64,000 nucleotides of DNA from Eledone cirrhosa (taxonomy: Eukaryota), in contig OZ024742.1 of the NCBI GenBank assembly GCA_964016885.1, forward strand, positions 333,932,001-333,996,000, read 5' to 3'. Positions within the stretch are counted from its first letter, which is position 1; each line of letters starts with the position of its first letter. The translations under genes and the position numbers were made by a program. The notes beneath the pieces were generated by a model. The model searched no databases. It was not told the origin of the DNA and saw only the letters and a program-made list of their open reading frames with translations. This document shows positions 1 through 13,250 of this stretch, piece after piece.

Positions 1-19
1 TTGGCATGTTTGTGTGCGA

Positions 20-86
<67 letters not shown>

Positions 87-94
87 CGTATATT

Positions 95-135
<41 letters not shown>

Positions 136-167
136 TTTTATTTATATATATATATATATATATACTT

Positions 168-566
168 GTAATACAGTATTTACGTATCGAGAAAGAGAAA
201 AAAAGGGGAGGATAGGTGATACATATAGTTATTTGCCAAGTAGCGTATGCCATAGGTGCTCGATACTAGTGCCGGCAGTATTAAATATTCGAAGTGTTAA
301 TATTTAGTGGGCTAGAGAGTTAGCAGAGCGTAAGCACGTGGGAAAGTAAGAAATCGGAGAATAGACCGTTAAAACATGTTTATTTAAAACACCACCTACG
401 TACGTTTCGCCCAGTTGGGCTTCTCAAGGGCATAAATAATCACAAGTGTTCCTTATATTGCTCGGAAAGAGTTTTGGGGGTTAAATCCACATCAAGGTTC
501 ATTGCTAGCAAAAATATCTTGTTTTGATTTTGCAGCAGGTCAAGGGAGGTAACTCTGGCCGGTGTT
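168..566 (-). repeat. PLE pseudo-LTR (3' copy)
   Basis: Near-identical to 3481-3879; contains a hammerhead motif. Confidence 0.9.
395..430 (-). ncRNA. Minimal type-I hammerhead ribozyme, U3-A8 variant
   Basis: Minus strand CC-UUGAGAA-GCCC(AACU)GGGC-GAAAC-GUAC-GUA-GG; palindromic stem III ACGUACGU. Confidence 0.8.
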
Positions 567-759
567 GGGGCAGTCTTTCCCGGACAATTTTTTTTTTTTT
601 TTTTTCGCCGCATCTGTTTGTCTGAGGCTGGGTCTGGTATGCAAGGATAGTTTCCTGGGTGTTATTTTGCAGCGCCTGCCCGCCGGGGTGTTAAGACTTG
701 TTGCAGGGAGATCCGGTGTACGGTTTCACTCCTCATTCTTAACCCATCTGAAGAAGGAT

Positions 760-3441
760 ATTTTTAAGCGATGTGTACAACTTATCGCTGTTTCAGCTCT
801 GCTTGTTGATGAGCTCGTGGGGTGCAGTTATGATGTGGTAGAGCTCAATGAGGCAAAGATCGCATTTCCTCTTGAAGTTGTACGGTGCAGCCCTGTCGAA
901 AATCTCCCAGTGCGTGTAGAAGCTGATGTTTAAGTCCTTTAGTGATGTGATGTAGTCCGCGAGCGAAGTGGAGTGCCTTAGTTTTCTTTTTGTGAAAGAG
1001 TGGAGATGTGTTCGAAACCTAATTTTGAACGGGCCGGAGGTAGCCCCTATATAATGTTTAACGCTATTGTGGCTAGTAATAGTTCATCTATATATAACCC
1101 TATCAGTTAAGCAGTATCCTCTAAGGGGGCAGCGTCCTCTGTCGTGGCAGTTGCAATTTCTGTCGCGGTTCCGTCTATTTCCCACGGTAAGGCTATCATT
1201 GTTGCTGCCTACGCAGCTGTCGATAGCACCATTACAACCCACAGCACGCGGGGTGGTGCGATTGTTATTCCGCACGTCATGTCCTGCATGTTCCCCAGTC
1301 ATTTCGCAGTTATGCTGGTTGTGTCTGCGGATGCCGTTGCCAACACTATTGGATGCTGCCAGGGAGTTGTTAAGGCCGATATAGTTATTGTCAGGTGTAG
1401 GTGCGTCTGTGTCGAGGTGCTGTGTGTTGGTGATCTTTCTGTGGTTCGTTGTTCCTATGATGTCTGCTAGGTTAAGAGTAGTAGAGAAGGATATTTTTAT
1501 ATTGTTCCTATTAAGAATTTTTCTATACCTATGGTTGGGCGGGAAGTTCTTCTCTAAGGCTTCGAAGAACATCCGGGGTATGTTGGAGGCCACACTCCGA
1601 GAGTAGGGTGGGGGAGGGGAACCATAGGACGTTACGGTGGCGATTATGTGTCCTTGTACTTTTGCTACGGGTGGTTCCATCTAGGTGACCGCTCTTATGT
1701 GTGTTAATGCGCAGACGCCCGTTCGCTTCCCCTTTCACTTTATGCTCGGGTGTACTCTTCCTACCTCTTCCATGTTTATGTACACGAAGATGTTGGTTGG
1801 AAGGCGTTGGTAGTAAGCCGTCGCCTTTGTTGGTTTTGTAATAGGGGAATAGTTCGAGTAATCTACAGTGTTCACCATCGCCGGGGTCGTGATCTTTGGT
1901 GCGGTTATCTATTTTATTATATCCGACTTCAACGAGGTCGCCGCGTAATCGGTTATAGGTATGGCTTACTATAACGTTTGTTTTATGAGGGGGGTGGTTT
2001 CTAGAGCTAGCGTTAGGGATGTAGGAAATTCCTCGGTTAAAGCCGGCGCTTATCAAGGCCCTATTGTAGTAATCTGCCGCTTGGTTGAAGATATCCTCAT
2101 TGGCGGATAGCCTCGAGATTCTATGTGAGATACTATAGACTATGGAGTTGAGAGTCTGCTTAGGGTGGTTGGAGGAATAATTAATATAAGAGAGGCACTC
2201 TCCAGGCTTATCGTATGGCTTGTATAAGCCCGTACTCAACTCCAGGGTCACGTCTAGGAAGTTGACAACCCTGTGGTTGAGGTCCATATTTACGGATAGG
2301 CCGTATGACTTGAACCTGTGTATATGTTTGTTAAGGTTCTCTATCCTACGGGGGCTATGGTTCCTAACGGTAAACTGGGCGTTGTCCCTATATACACCTC
2401 CTTGTAGGGCCGGTATCTCTTCCCTAAGCTTATGTAGGAGGTATATCCCGACCAGGTCAGTTGCTTGCGCTGAGTCACTGGACCCCATCGTGACATCGAA
2501 GTTATCAGGACGGTTGGTTCTGGTCCAGTGGGAGCCTTCGAACTGGATAATGGTTCTACGCGCCGCTAGAATTATGCCTATTTCTTTTTTAGTGAGACTA
2601 GTGTTAGATCTAGCTAAGATAAGTGCCTTATTTAAGAGTATGGGGGAGATAGACGCGTAGTAACTATCTATATCAAACTGGATGAATTTCAGGGTGGCTT
2701 TATCCTGCAACTCGGTGAACCAATTTATGACCTGGTCGGTGTTGCCTCAGAGGCAGACCTTAGCCTTTCTATTAAGCTCGAGTAGTACTCTGTCAAGGAT
2801 CACTTTACTAATCTTACCTATATCTGATGTAGAGGGGCATATTAGTCTAATAAAGGGGCTTTCATTAAAGTCATATTTGTCATCCTTAAGAGATAATTTA
2901 GGCGTCAGAGGGACGTACGGGTTAGTGTACTTTTCTATTTCTAAGCTGGTGACTATATCCTTCCCTATTCTATTTGTGTCATTTAGGGTACTAGAGGGTG
3001 TCTTTTTGTAGTCTTGTGTAGTTCCTTATAGATGAATTTTTTATACCCACTCGCGTCCATCTTGTACAGCTTTTTGGTTTTGTCGGAGGTGACGAAGAGG
3101 TGCGGGTCATTCTTGATCTTAGTTATTAGTGTATCAAGGGACGTTAAGAATGGATTGCTGCATTGGTGTTTCTTTCTGAACTTAACGTTTTTGATTATTT
3201 TCAGCAGGTCCTCTTCAAAGGAGTCTAGTAAGGTGTTGTGAGGTGGGTTTCGGTATGTTTTGAAGCCATACCTCTCTTTGGGTTCAGGAAGGTTACGGGT
3301 GTTCTCATCCAGGTGGTAGGCCTTCCATCTGACTCTCCGTATAAACGTATTAGTAGCGTCTATAAGCAGTTTAAGGTAGGTTTTTCTGCTGGGTAAGGGG
3401 ATACACTTGAGAGACATGGGTAACGGCTGGTTCTCCAACAT
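760..3441 (-). pseudogene. PLE polyprotein pseudogene: reverse transcriptase + GIY-YIG endonuclease, frameshifted
   Basis: ORFs 2983-3441, 1529-2710 (FIQFDIDSYYASI, FDVTMGS, YRDN instead of YRDD, NFLDVTL, YINYSSNHP) and 1084-1680 (CNC..CPL.G.CL..VIY), followed by HYIGAT and CDLCL motifs near 850-1060. Confidence 0.9.
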
Positions 3442-3480
3442 AATGGCAAATAAGGTGAGATGCTCTACAAAAGGAGCACG

Positions 3481-3879
3481 GTAATACGGTATTTACGTAT
3501 CGAGAAAGAGAAAAAAAGGGGAGGATAGGTGATACATATAGTTATTTGCCAATTAGCGTATGCCAAAGGTGCTCGATACTAGTGCCGGCAGTATTAAATA
3601 TTCGAAGTGTTAATATTTAGTGGGCTAGAGAGTTAGCAGAGCGTAAGCACGTGGGAAAGTAAACAATCGGAGAATACACCGTTAAAACATGTTTATTTAA
3701 AACAGCACCTACGTACGTTTCGCCCAGTTGGGCTTCTCAAGGGCATAAATAATCACAAGTGTTCCTTATATTGCTCGGAAAGAGTTTTGGGGGTTAAATC
3801 CACATCAAGGTTCTTTGCTCGTAAAAATATATTGTTTTAATTTTGCAGCAAGTCAAGGGAGGTAATTCTGGCCGGTGTT
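3481..3879 (-). repeat. PLE pseudo-LTR (5' copy)
   Basis: Direct repeat of 168-566 immediately upstream of the ORF start. Confidence 0.9.
3708..3743 (-). ncRNA. Minimal type-I hammerhead ribozyme, U3-A8 variant
   Basis: Identical core to 395-430. Confidence 0.8.
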
Positions 3880-3894
3880 ATATATATATATACT

Positions 3895-4000
<106 letters not shown>

Positions 4001-4250
4001 TGTGTATATACATATATGTATATATATACATATATCTGTGTGTGTGTATGTTGTGTATGTGCGTGTATGTTGGCGTGTGTCCGTGTATGTACATGTCTAT
4101 GTATGTATATATGTATATGCGGATGTATCTACGTCAGTTTTGTGTAACGTCTTTTGCTGTGGTGGTGTATGTGTTAGATAATGTGTATTTGTATATGAGT
4201 ACACATCAGTTAATATTTATATATATATATATATACATATATATTATGTA

Positions 4251-4289
<39 letters not shown>

Positions 4290-4803
4290 TATTTTCCGTT
4301 GTGTTGTAATATAAATATTACACACAGTAGATTATCAGCTCACGTAGAGTTTGCTCGACGGTTCCAGTTGTAGTTCCAAAAGTAATCCGGAGAAAAATAG
4401 AAAGATTTGAATTGAACGAACATTATTCTGCCGTCACAGAACTAAAACCCTTTTTTCCCACTACAAGCCGAATATTACATAAAAGAGGGACATCCCCCAA
4501 CTATATAAACCTTAATCTAGTTAGAAAAATATAAAAACAATCTCTTCTCAACATATATTAATAACCTTAAATTACCATACTAATAATGAAAAGATATGCT
4601 GATGAGAATAGGTACAAATATGCGATAATGAATGTGTCTAAAAACGTCCATAAGTATGTATATATATGTGAAAATGTATATAAATAAGTAAATATATATA
4701 TATGTTTGATGTGTATAGTTAGATGTAAGTGTATTCATGTATTAAAGTGCTTATATATATATATGTATGTATATATGTGTATATGTATGTGTATGTATAT
4801 ATG

Positions 4804-4904
<101 letters not shown>

Positions 4905-5470
4905 GTATGTATATATGTGTATATGGATGTGTAAGTATGTGTATGTGTGTACACATGGACTAGAGTATGTATGTATATATGAGTGTGTCTATACGTGTGT
5001 ATATAAAGATAAGTTGAGTATGAAAATGTATACACATGAGCGCGTATGTATGTATATGAATACATGTGTGTATATATATGTGTATGCATGTGTATATATA
5101 TGTAAGTATGAATATGTGAATTGTGAGTATATGTATTTTGTAGAGGTGTGCAAATATATTTGTGTGTGAATGCGTGGGTGAAAGGATACGTACACTTGAA
5201 AGAAAAATTTAAGTCTGAATGTTAATTAAGTGCAAACACAAAACCAACCACGCATATCTTTACTATCTCTAATCCTTCTATAGATTTAGAAAAATAACCA
5301 ATAATATATTCTATAAAAAATGTCAAAACAACAGATGGGAATCTAATTACTCACTGCCACCAAGAATTCTCACTGCTATCGAAAAACCACTCCTTCAACT
5401 ATTCTTCTAACAACTTCACCCCTCCCTCCTAATATTCTCTATAAAAACTAAATAGGTCCTCAGTAATATT

Positions 5471-5514
5471 ATTCTGATGAAATGACAGTAAATAATAACA
5501 TTGAAATATTGAAT
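5471..5514 (+). ncRNA. Hammerhead-like motif in a probable decayed PLE 3' end
   Basis: CUGAUGA-AAUG(14 nt)CAUU-GAAAUAUU; weak stem I; a second GAAAC-ACGU-GUC-AAUAAA at about 5569-5586. Confidence 0.5.
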
Positions 5515-5619
5515 GTCTGCATAACTAAAAGTTTGTAGATAGCTGTTTTAGGTTATGTAACTGTTATAGAAACACGTGTCAATAAATTCCTTTCAACTAA
5601 ACTGTATCCATTCAAATCT

Positions 5620-5702
<83 letters not shown>

Positions 5703-5713
5703 TATATATATAT

Positions 5714-5884
5714 AAAAAAGGAATTGTGGTAAGGAACCAGATGGACCATAACGCACCAGAGTACTCAATACTTAGGGTAGTAGAGTGGGAAATAGGAAGA
5801 AGTATGAAACCGACGGCAGAGCTAAAGCCGTTTCGACGGCTATTTCGAAACGGCTTGAGCTATACGATCGGTGTCATACGTTTT

Positions 5885-5889
<5 letters not shown>
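5714..5889 (+). mobile_element. Asymmetric fold-back mini-element, family A, copy 1
   Basis: Shared sequence with six other copies; internal inverted repeat around GCCGTTTCGA...TCGAAACGGC; flanked by (TA)n. Confidence 0.8.
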
Positions 5890-5913
<24 letters not shown>

Positions 5914-5918
<5 letters not shown>

Positions 5919-6100
5919 AAAATGTTTAACCGCGACGGCAGTGCTCAAGCCGTTTCGACAGCTATTTCTGAAATAGCCGTCGAAACGGCTTCAGCTTTGC
6001 TGTCGGGGTCATACTTCTTCCTATTTCCCACTCTACTATCCTAAGTATAGAGTACTCTGTTGCGTTATGGTCCATATGGTTCTTTACCACACTTCCTTCG

Positions 6101-6102
<2 letters not shown>
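5914..6102 (-). mobile_element. Fold-back family A, copy 2 (inverted relative to copy 1)
   Basis: Reverse complement of copy 1 architecture; flanked by (TA)n. Confidence 0.8.
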
Positions 6103-6160
<58 letters not shown>

Positions 6161-6165
<5 letters not shown>

Positions 6166-6943
6166 TAAACGGAATAGAAAATGCTGACAAATTGTTCACA
6201 ATTGAAAAATGGTTTAATTAGGAATAAAAGAGTATTAGTGATTGTATGGGTTAGTATTCAGTTGTGGTTTTAAGTTTTTAATTTTTTGACCGGTTGCGCA
6301 TTTCTAAATGCTTTTCAAAAATAATTTTGAGAAAGAGTGTCCGTGCTGTTTGCTCTGATCTGATTAGTTTTGGGAATTCTACCTGTTTTTATGTTAAAAA
6401 AGAGGCTCCAGCGTTATTTTTGTGTTGCAAAATTGCTTGTGGTCAAAACAATTTTGATTGGTCGGTAGAGGTCATGTGAATGTAAAAAGTTGATTTTGCG
6501 CCAAGACTGTTTTTATGTTAAAAAAGTGGCTCCAGCAAAAATTCTTGGTCAAAACAATTTTGATTGGTCGGTAGAGGTCATGTGGATAAAAAATTGGTTT
6601 TGCGCCAAGATTGAGAAATGACTCTTTCACAACAAATATGTGTGTGTGTGTGTGTGTGTGTGGAGCCACTTTTTTAACATAAAAACAGGTAGAATTCCCA
6701 AAACTAATCAGATCAGAGCAAACAGCACGGACACTCTTTCTCAAAATTATTTTTGAAAAGCATTGAGAAATGCGCAACCGGTAAAAACTTAAAAACTTAA
6801 AACCACAACTGAATACTAACCCATACAATCACTAATACTCTTTTATTCCTAATTAAACCATTTTTCAACTGTGAACAATTTGTCAGCATTTTCTATTCCG
6901 TTTACCAATATATAATAACTTGTGTGTTACACCTCTATTCTTT

Positions 6944-6948
<5 letters not shown>
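6161..6948. mobile_element. Fold-back element with about 250-bp arms carrying variant hammerhead motifs (probable PLE pLTR derivative)
   Basis: Arms 6161-6410 and 6661-6909; motif UUU-UUGAAAA-GCAUU(GAGA)AAUGC-GCAAC-CG-GUA-AAA at 6750-6786 and its mirror at about 6284-6322. Confidence 0.75.
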
Positions 6949-7017
<69 letters not shown>

Positions 7018-7431
7018 TATATATATATATTGTATATCGCTTAGTGCCAGCACAAGCCCAGAGAATTATCTATGTCTGTATGTGTATGTATGATTAATAT
7101 TTGCTTACACATATACATAGATCATGCATACCTACATGTATTCACACATATATACATTGTTACATTAATACATACATACATGCATACATAAAAATACATA
7201 TATATACAGGCATGCATATATTTATATGAAGTAATGAACAAATAGTATAAGTGGAATATAATACCAATTATCCCCTTGGTTCCTTATAATACCCATCAAT
7301 ATGCTTGCATCGTGATGTCATATATTTGCAATTATTTGAATCTACTCTATGGATGTTGACTCAGATGACATTACCATATATAAATTTTGATAGTAATAAT
7401 ATACTTAGCTCTCTATGGTCTGGTCATTACA

Positions 7432-7580
7432 TAATTGTTTCTACTTTTGGCACAAGGCCAGCAAATACCCAGTGCATTACTGGTACTTTATTTTATCGAC
7501 CCTGGAAGGATGAAAGGCAAAGTTAACCTCGGCGGGATTTGAACTCAGATCATACATGGAGGTAACTCTATGCTTCAACA
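7432..7580 (-). mobile_element. tRNA-derived SINE (MetaSINE-core, octopus OK-like), partial
   Basis: Reverse complement of the GAGTTCAAATCCC B-box and TTTCATCCTT..GGGGTCGATAAAATAAAGTACCAG core. Confidence 0.8.
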
Positions 7581-7626
7581 TTTCATAATGATATTGAGAT
7601 CTCCCTCACCTTATTAAGGTTTTTGT

Positions 7627-7747
<121 letters not shown>

Positions 7748-7757
7748 AACACATATA

Positions 7758-7903
7758 TACACGCAAAATTCCATTACAGCGAATACCATAAAAACGATTT
7801 TTTCAATATAAAGAATTTTTTTTTTCAATCCCCGGCCACACGCTCGATGTACTAGGTCAATCTCGTTATGAAGAATGTTACGTTATAACGGAGTTTCATA
7901 GTA
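7758..7903. mobile_element. Possible small pogo/Tigger-type MITE, decayed
   Basis: Right end CGTTATAACGGAGTTTCATAGTA resembles pogo-like TIRs; imperfect left partner. Confidence 0.35.
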
Positions 7904-8000
7904 CATGTATATATATATATATATATAATTAAACATATACATGTATACATAAAAACACATACACGCACACACACATATATCATATATATATATATATATA

Positions 8001-8196
8001 TATTCAATATAGAAATAGCTTCTACAGGACTAGAACTGTTTCAATCGGGATAAATCACGAGGAAGCCGCGATGAATTCTCCCGAATGAAACAATTCTAGT
8101 CCTATAGAAGCCATTTCTATATTAAATATTTATACTCTGCTATGTATTGAGTACCTCCCTTACTTTGGTTTCCCCCGATTGAACACGGAATAAACT

Positions 8197-8198
<2 letters not shown>
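8001..8198 (+). mobile_element. Small asymmetric fold-back element with degenerate hammerhead
   Basis: Arms 8001-8050 and 8079-8128; CGCGAUGA-AUUC(UCCC)GAAU-GAAAC..GUC; solo arm copy at 43141-43184; (TA)n flanks. Confidence 0.6.
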
Positions 8199-8289
<91 letters not shown>

Positions 8290-9019
8290 TTATATATGTA
8301 TATATATACATACTCACTCACCTGGATGTGTGCGTGTATGTATGTATGACGTCTGGCAATTTTGGGACCATACGGCAAAATGTTTTATTTCTCAATTATT
8401 GCGAACGGTGCATTGTCTATTTTGATCTTTGCAAAATACTTTCAAAAGTCATTCTCTGAATATTAGTAACATATTTCCTTTGATTTTGTATCAGTGGTGG
8501 ATTTTATATAGTTTATATTCTTCAAATTTGGGCAACACAAATCGACACATTCTTCCATTCAAAGAGTCCACATATTAGCTCCCTATGACAAAGGTTATTT
8601 ATAGGTTAAATATTGCTATTAACAAAATACCGAATTAGGGGCTCGTGTTTTGACTAGAAGGGGACTGACTGATCGCCACAGAGAAACTAACCATTGAATT
8701 GATCGGATAATGAAAAGCATGACTTCACATTTTTCTACGAGTTCATGCAAAAACAAAAAACGAAAAAAAATACGAAACAGCTGCACCGCTTTACGAAATA
8801 AGTAGTGAAACCATATCATTGTATAACGCCGGGTGGTTGAGGAATATGGTCTAAAATCTTACAAACCTGCCGGAAATAAAGTCAGGTATTGTTAATGAAG
8901 ACGAAACGCCATATATTTGCAAAACAACTACACCAACCATACCAACATCAGCAGCAGCAACAACAACAGCAACAACAACGACAACAACAACAATAACAAC
9001 AATAACAAAGATAATAATA

Positions 9020-9200
9020 ATAATTGTTTGTGGCATGGGGCCAGCAATTTGAAGTTAAGAGGAAAGTCGATTAAATCGATCCCAGTGCTTACTTGTACTT
9101 TATTTCATCGACCAAGTACGGACGAAGGGCAAAGCTAACCTCGTTGTGATTTGAACTCAAAAATTAAAGGGGTACAACTAAATGGTTTTTTACCTATTTT
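9020..9200 (-). mobile_element. MetaSINE-core SINE, diverged
   Basis: Core and tail motifs recognisable on the minus strand. Confidence 0.65.
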
Positions 9201-10549
9201 CCAGCATTTTCTTAACCTTAACCACAGCAAAGATAGCAACAGCAGCAATAATGTCAATATCAGCAACAACAACAACAATAATAAAAATAATGGTAATAAT
9301 AATGCGAGAAGAACTACCGAAGGTGTGATCATACCATTAAAACTGTAACTGTCACTTAATTCCTAGTCTCTATAATCTCTTTAAGTCAATACGTTTCATG
9401 ATATCCTTTCTATTATAGTGTTTGATGTATGGTAGAAATGGAGCTTTAAAAGGCCTTTCTCAATTAGTATTATGCTTTAATATGAGATTTATACGTTCCT
9501 AGATCAGCCCTCTTTCGATATTTAATCCTTTCAAACGAGCGTGTTAGTAATCAATCTCAATCACGACCGCCCACTATCAACAGCTAAAAAGTGAACCTGT
9601 TGATCTTTTCAAGATCACAACCAAAACGACGTTCATTTATATCGATCCACAACTGTAAGCAACAATTGCAATGTGGTCACTCGGTATATTTCCAAACATC
9701 GAAAGAATTCATTAATCTTATTGCAATTTGACAATCGATCAACTGGGACACATGCATTTTCGACCACTTCAATGTAACAGTCTTCTGGTTGATTGGCAAA
9801 TACTCACTCGCCAGCATGCGACGACAGAGGCTGCACGAATCAACTCAATCTTCTCTATATCTCTTGTATATTTAACACAGTCGCCCCTCCCCTCCACACA
9901 TATACGCTCCATGTGCACTATACGGATGCAACCTGGCTACTCTTCTACTCATAACATCATCTTTTTAAATTTAAGAATCTGCATTTAATATTCCTCCTAA
10001 GCCTCCCCGTGGAACTATGTTTCACTATGCTGTTTTTATTGACTTTTTATCATGCGTTGACATCGAACGAGAGGCGCTAAAATCAAGCAATCACGAGTTT
10101 AGATAGCAAAGATGTAGAAATTACATCTAATCCGGTATTATGCACAGTTTGACAAACGTACGAAACAAATGCTTGACAATCTAATAAATTACAGTTCATT
10201 AGTGGTAATAATTACCCCATTTGTTAATCTCTCCTTTCTCACACATCCAAATTTATAACTATTAATATAACCAACCATGCAAGAGTCGAATAACTAGTGT
10301 TAGTGTAGACAATTCTCTTAAATCTTACTTCTCTTCAGTCCACCAAATTTCCGCAAATAATTAATCATACTAACAATTAGTAATCAGTCAATTTGCTAAT
10401 CTGAAATATTAACCATTAATCTAATTGTCCTGTCATTAATTCTTAAAATAATGCAGCTTCAAAACCACGGAAGCTTGCAATCGATCAAATGAAAATTTAT
10501 TCAAGTGCGCAATCGGGAATTCTATTAAGTGTCTACCAATCTTAAGTAT

Positions 10550-12980
10550 CCTGAATAATATTTTGAAGCAATGACACCCACCAACAAATTTATAAGAAAT
10601 ATATTATGATTTTCCTTCATAATCACTTGTTCTAATATATCTTTGTTTGTACGAGAAAACACCATTCCGAAATGGGTTTCAACAGCTCCATAACGAATGT
10701 TGAAATTTGCAGCATGTTTCGCTCTAAAGAGGAAGGCTAATCTTTCTAATATAATTGTGCTATATTAAAGGTGTTTTGCCAGGCCTGAGTATTTGCGATT
10801 GTGAGATGTATGTAACGTTTGAAGAGATTGTAAGATTTCTATCTGCCGGATGTTTGGGTGGTGAGAGTAAAGCGTTGTAATGTTTTATTAATATGAGCTA
10901 TGATTTTGTTTTAAATTTTGAATGAAATAAAATTTGCATTCTCCAGTAGGAGTATATATTTGAGGATTCCATTCCTTTGCAGATTAAGAGTGAAATGTAT
11001 ATGTTGCTTAAGGTGGAGAATTGGATCTGGAGATTATGATCAATGAAGCATTGTGTCATCAGTGTGATGGAGCTGACGATACACAGATAATTGATGTATC
11101 GATAGAAGAGAGTAGTAGTGAGTGAAAAAGAGAATTATGTCATCAAGCGAGCTGGGTTTACGAAAGTTGCACATGTGGATATTAAGTAGTAATAACTGAT
11201 CATAATGTTTGCGAATATTATTGATGTTCCTCTCCTGTGCCTTAAAAATGTTGGATGTGAGGGTGGTAGGACAATAGCTGTTAGGGGTAGCATAGTTAAT
11301 ATTCTTTTAAAATTCAAGAGCACTCTACAGTGGCGTCCTTGACTACACAAAAAGTATGGTTTAAATGTTGAACATTCTGCGAAGTTGCGAGAATTTCTTT
11401 TTTCAGCGAATCAGGATTATTAGCTTCTTGTTTATATGAGAGTTTTCACGTCACGGACTGTGCATTGCTGAGGGGAATACTTCGCAAATCGGATGACGGT
11501 CTTGCAAGAAATAGGAAGTGCAGTAATGATTATTTGTATTAACTAAAGTGCTAAAATGTAGGTGCTGTGAGTAATTTATTTAAGAGATGAAGTAAAATAG
11601 TATGAAATTAATTGCGTATGTGACTGTATATCCATTAATAGAAAATAAATACAAAAATAAATATAAAAACAAAAATATGCAGATTTGTGGCTAGCTATAG
11701 AAATTCCAGCGAACATACGTCTGATAATGGTAATGGTTATGATAATGATGATAGGAAAGCAGGAGTGATTATGTTTAAGGTGATGAATAAAAGTATTGTT
11801 AATAAATTTCACAGTAAGATTAATCAATAATGTCGAGTTGCTAAAGGTACATCTAGAAAATATGCGGATGACAAGACACTCTAGATGGTTTGTTAAATAG
11901 TAATGATAAAGCTATTATATAATACGGTGCTCTGGAGACATGTATCCTGCATTAGTGTCAAAACCTGGTAACAATAATATTTATGATGAATATGGTAGTA
12001 GCAATATTAATGAACATATAATATATAAAATACTATGTCCATCACCAAGCCCCGGAAAGCCAATATCTATATGATGTGTAGTTAAAGAAAATATTGTAAG
12101 AATGTCCTCCTATTTTGACAAAGTTATTGAGTGTTGCAATCGGCTATTTTTGGATTTGTGTAGGTGTTGAGAAAACCAGGACTTGAAGGTGCATGCTGTC
12201 CACTGTACTTCGACTTCACATTAAAGGTCCGCAGACAGGCGGTTATCACCCAGAGAGCAAATAGTTCGCTTTCGATAATTACAATGGCAAGATTCGCTGG
12301 ATATGTTATTAGGAGATACTGTTATAACGTTGTGACTCAGAATCTGTCAAACAATATTGTAGAGGCAGTATAGCTTACCGTACCTGTGTTTACCTGAAAA
12401 TTGTATTGTATTTGTCTGTAATAGGGACGGGCTTACTAACAAGTGCAAGAAACTAGCCAGCTATGTTCGTAGAGACATTAAGACTCTAAGGCGCGTTTTG
12501 CCAATTCTTCTTCCTGGATTTATACAGGACATGATAGAAAGGATATTCACCTGCTCACCTTTTTTTAATATTTGGCGAGTGTTATTATGTCGATGATTTG
12601 AGCCCTTCTTCATATTGATGTTATACTCGTTGTTTTTAGATTGGTCGATTCAGGTTAAGGGTTATCTCTTAGAAGTTCAGAAATGTAAGGTCGATTATAG
12701 CAGAGATCATGAGGCCTATCAATTTCAGTGTTCCAATCAGAATTTTCGTCCATCCGTTAATATTTTGTCCACTGCAGTTTCGGGCTATACCAAGTCCATC
12801 ATCTCTGTATAGCCAAATATCAACAGCAAATAGTTTATCTTTCAGAGAGCCTAAATAGGAAAAGCCAAAATGAGCTAACAGCCTTTCTATATTCTTAATC
12901 TTCGTTCCTCTTCCCTTCTCGTCTTTTCCAAATATTTTCTCTTTCTTCTTGATCCACGCCCATTCTGACATCCTCAATAT
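10550..12980 (-). mobile_element. Highly decayed Penelope-like element (RT and endonuclease remnants)
   Basis: ORF 12669-12977 contains LYRDDGL..LNF typical of PLE RT; KYSGLAKHL-like endonuclease remnant near 10770-10860; boundaries approximate. Confidence 0.55.
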
Positions 12981-13029
12981 ACTCTCCTTTTCTTTGTTTT
13001 CCGCCCACTTGACATTATTTTATCGTACA

Positions 13030-13250
13030 GGGCGGTGGATTGGCAGTATCGCTAGAGCGTCAGACACCATGCGCTGCATCATAGAGTTACGATACTTTAC
13101 GGTCTGAGTTCAAATCCCGCCAAGATTAACTTTGCGTTTCATCCTACGGGGTCGATAAAATAAAGCACCAGTAACGTACTGGGGTCGATTTGATCGCCCC
13201 CACCACCCCAACAAAAAATTACTGACCTTGTGCCTATAGGAGAAATCATT
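13030..13250 (+). mobile_element. MetaSINE-core SINE, full length
   Basis: GGCGGTGGATTGGCAGTATCG head, B-box GAGTTCAAATCCC, core, tail GACCTTGTGCC. Confidence 0.85.

Larger units (their letters stand above)
168..3879 (-). mobile_element. Penelope-like retroelement, near full length, decayed (RT + GIY-YIG), direct pseudo-LTRs, inserted in (TA)n
   Basis: About 400-bp direct repeats at 168-566 and 3481-3879; RT and GIY-YIG reading frames between them; 19-bp TSD ATATATATATATACTTGTA at 152-170 and 3880-3898. Confidence 0.92.

Noticed and set aside
562-2660. Plus-strand ORFs 562-933, 1067-1470 and 2220-2660, and similar antisense ORFs over the LINEs
   Set aside because: Shadow frames opposite retroelement coding sequence.
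4598-4655. CTGATGA motif suggesting a hammerhead
   Set aside because: No paired stem II and no GAAA at the right position.
8340-8825. Possible mariner-derived non-autonomous element
   Set aside because: Termini too degenerate to pair convincingly.
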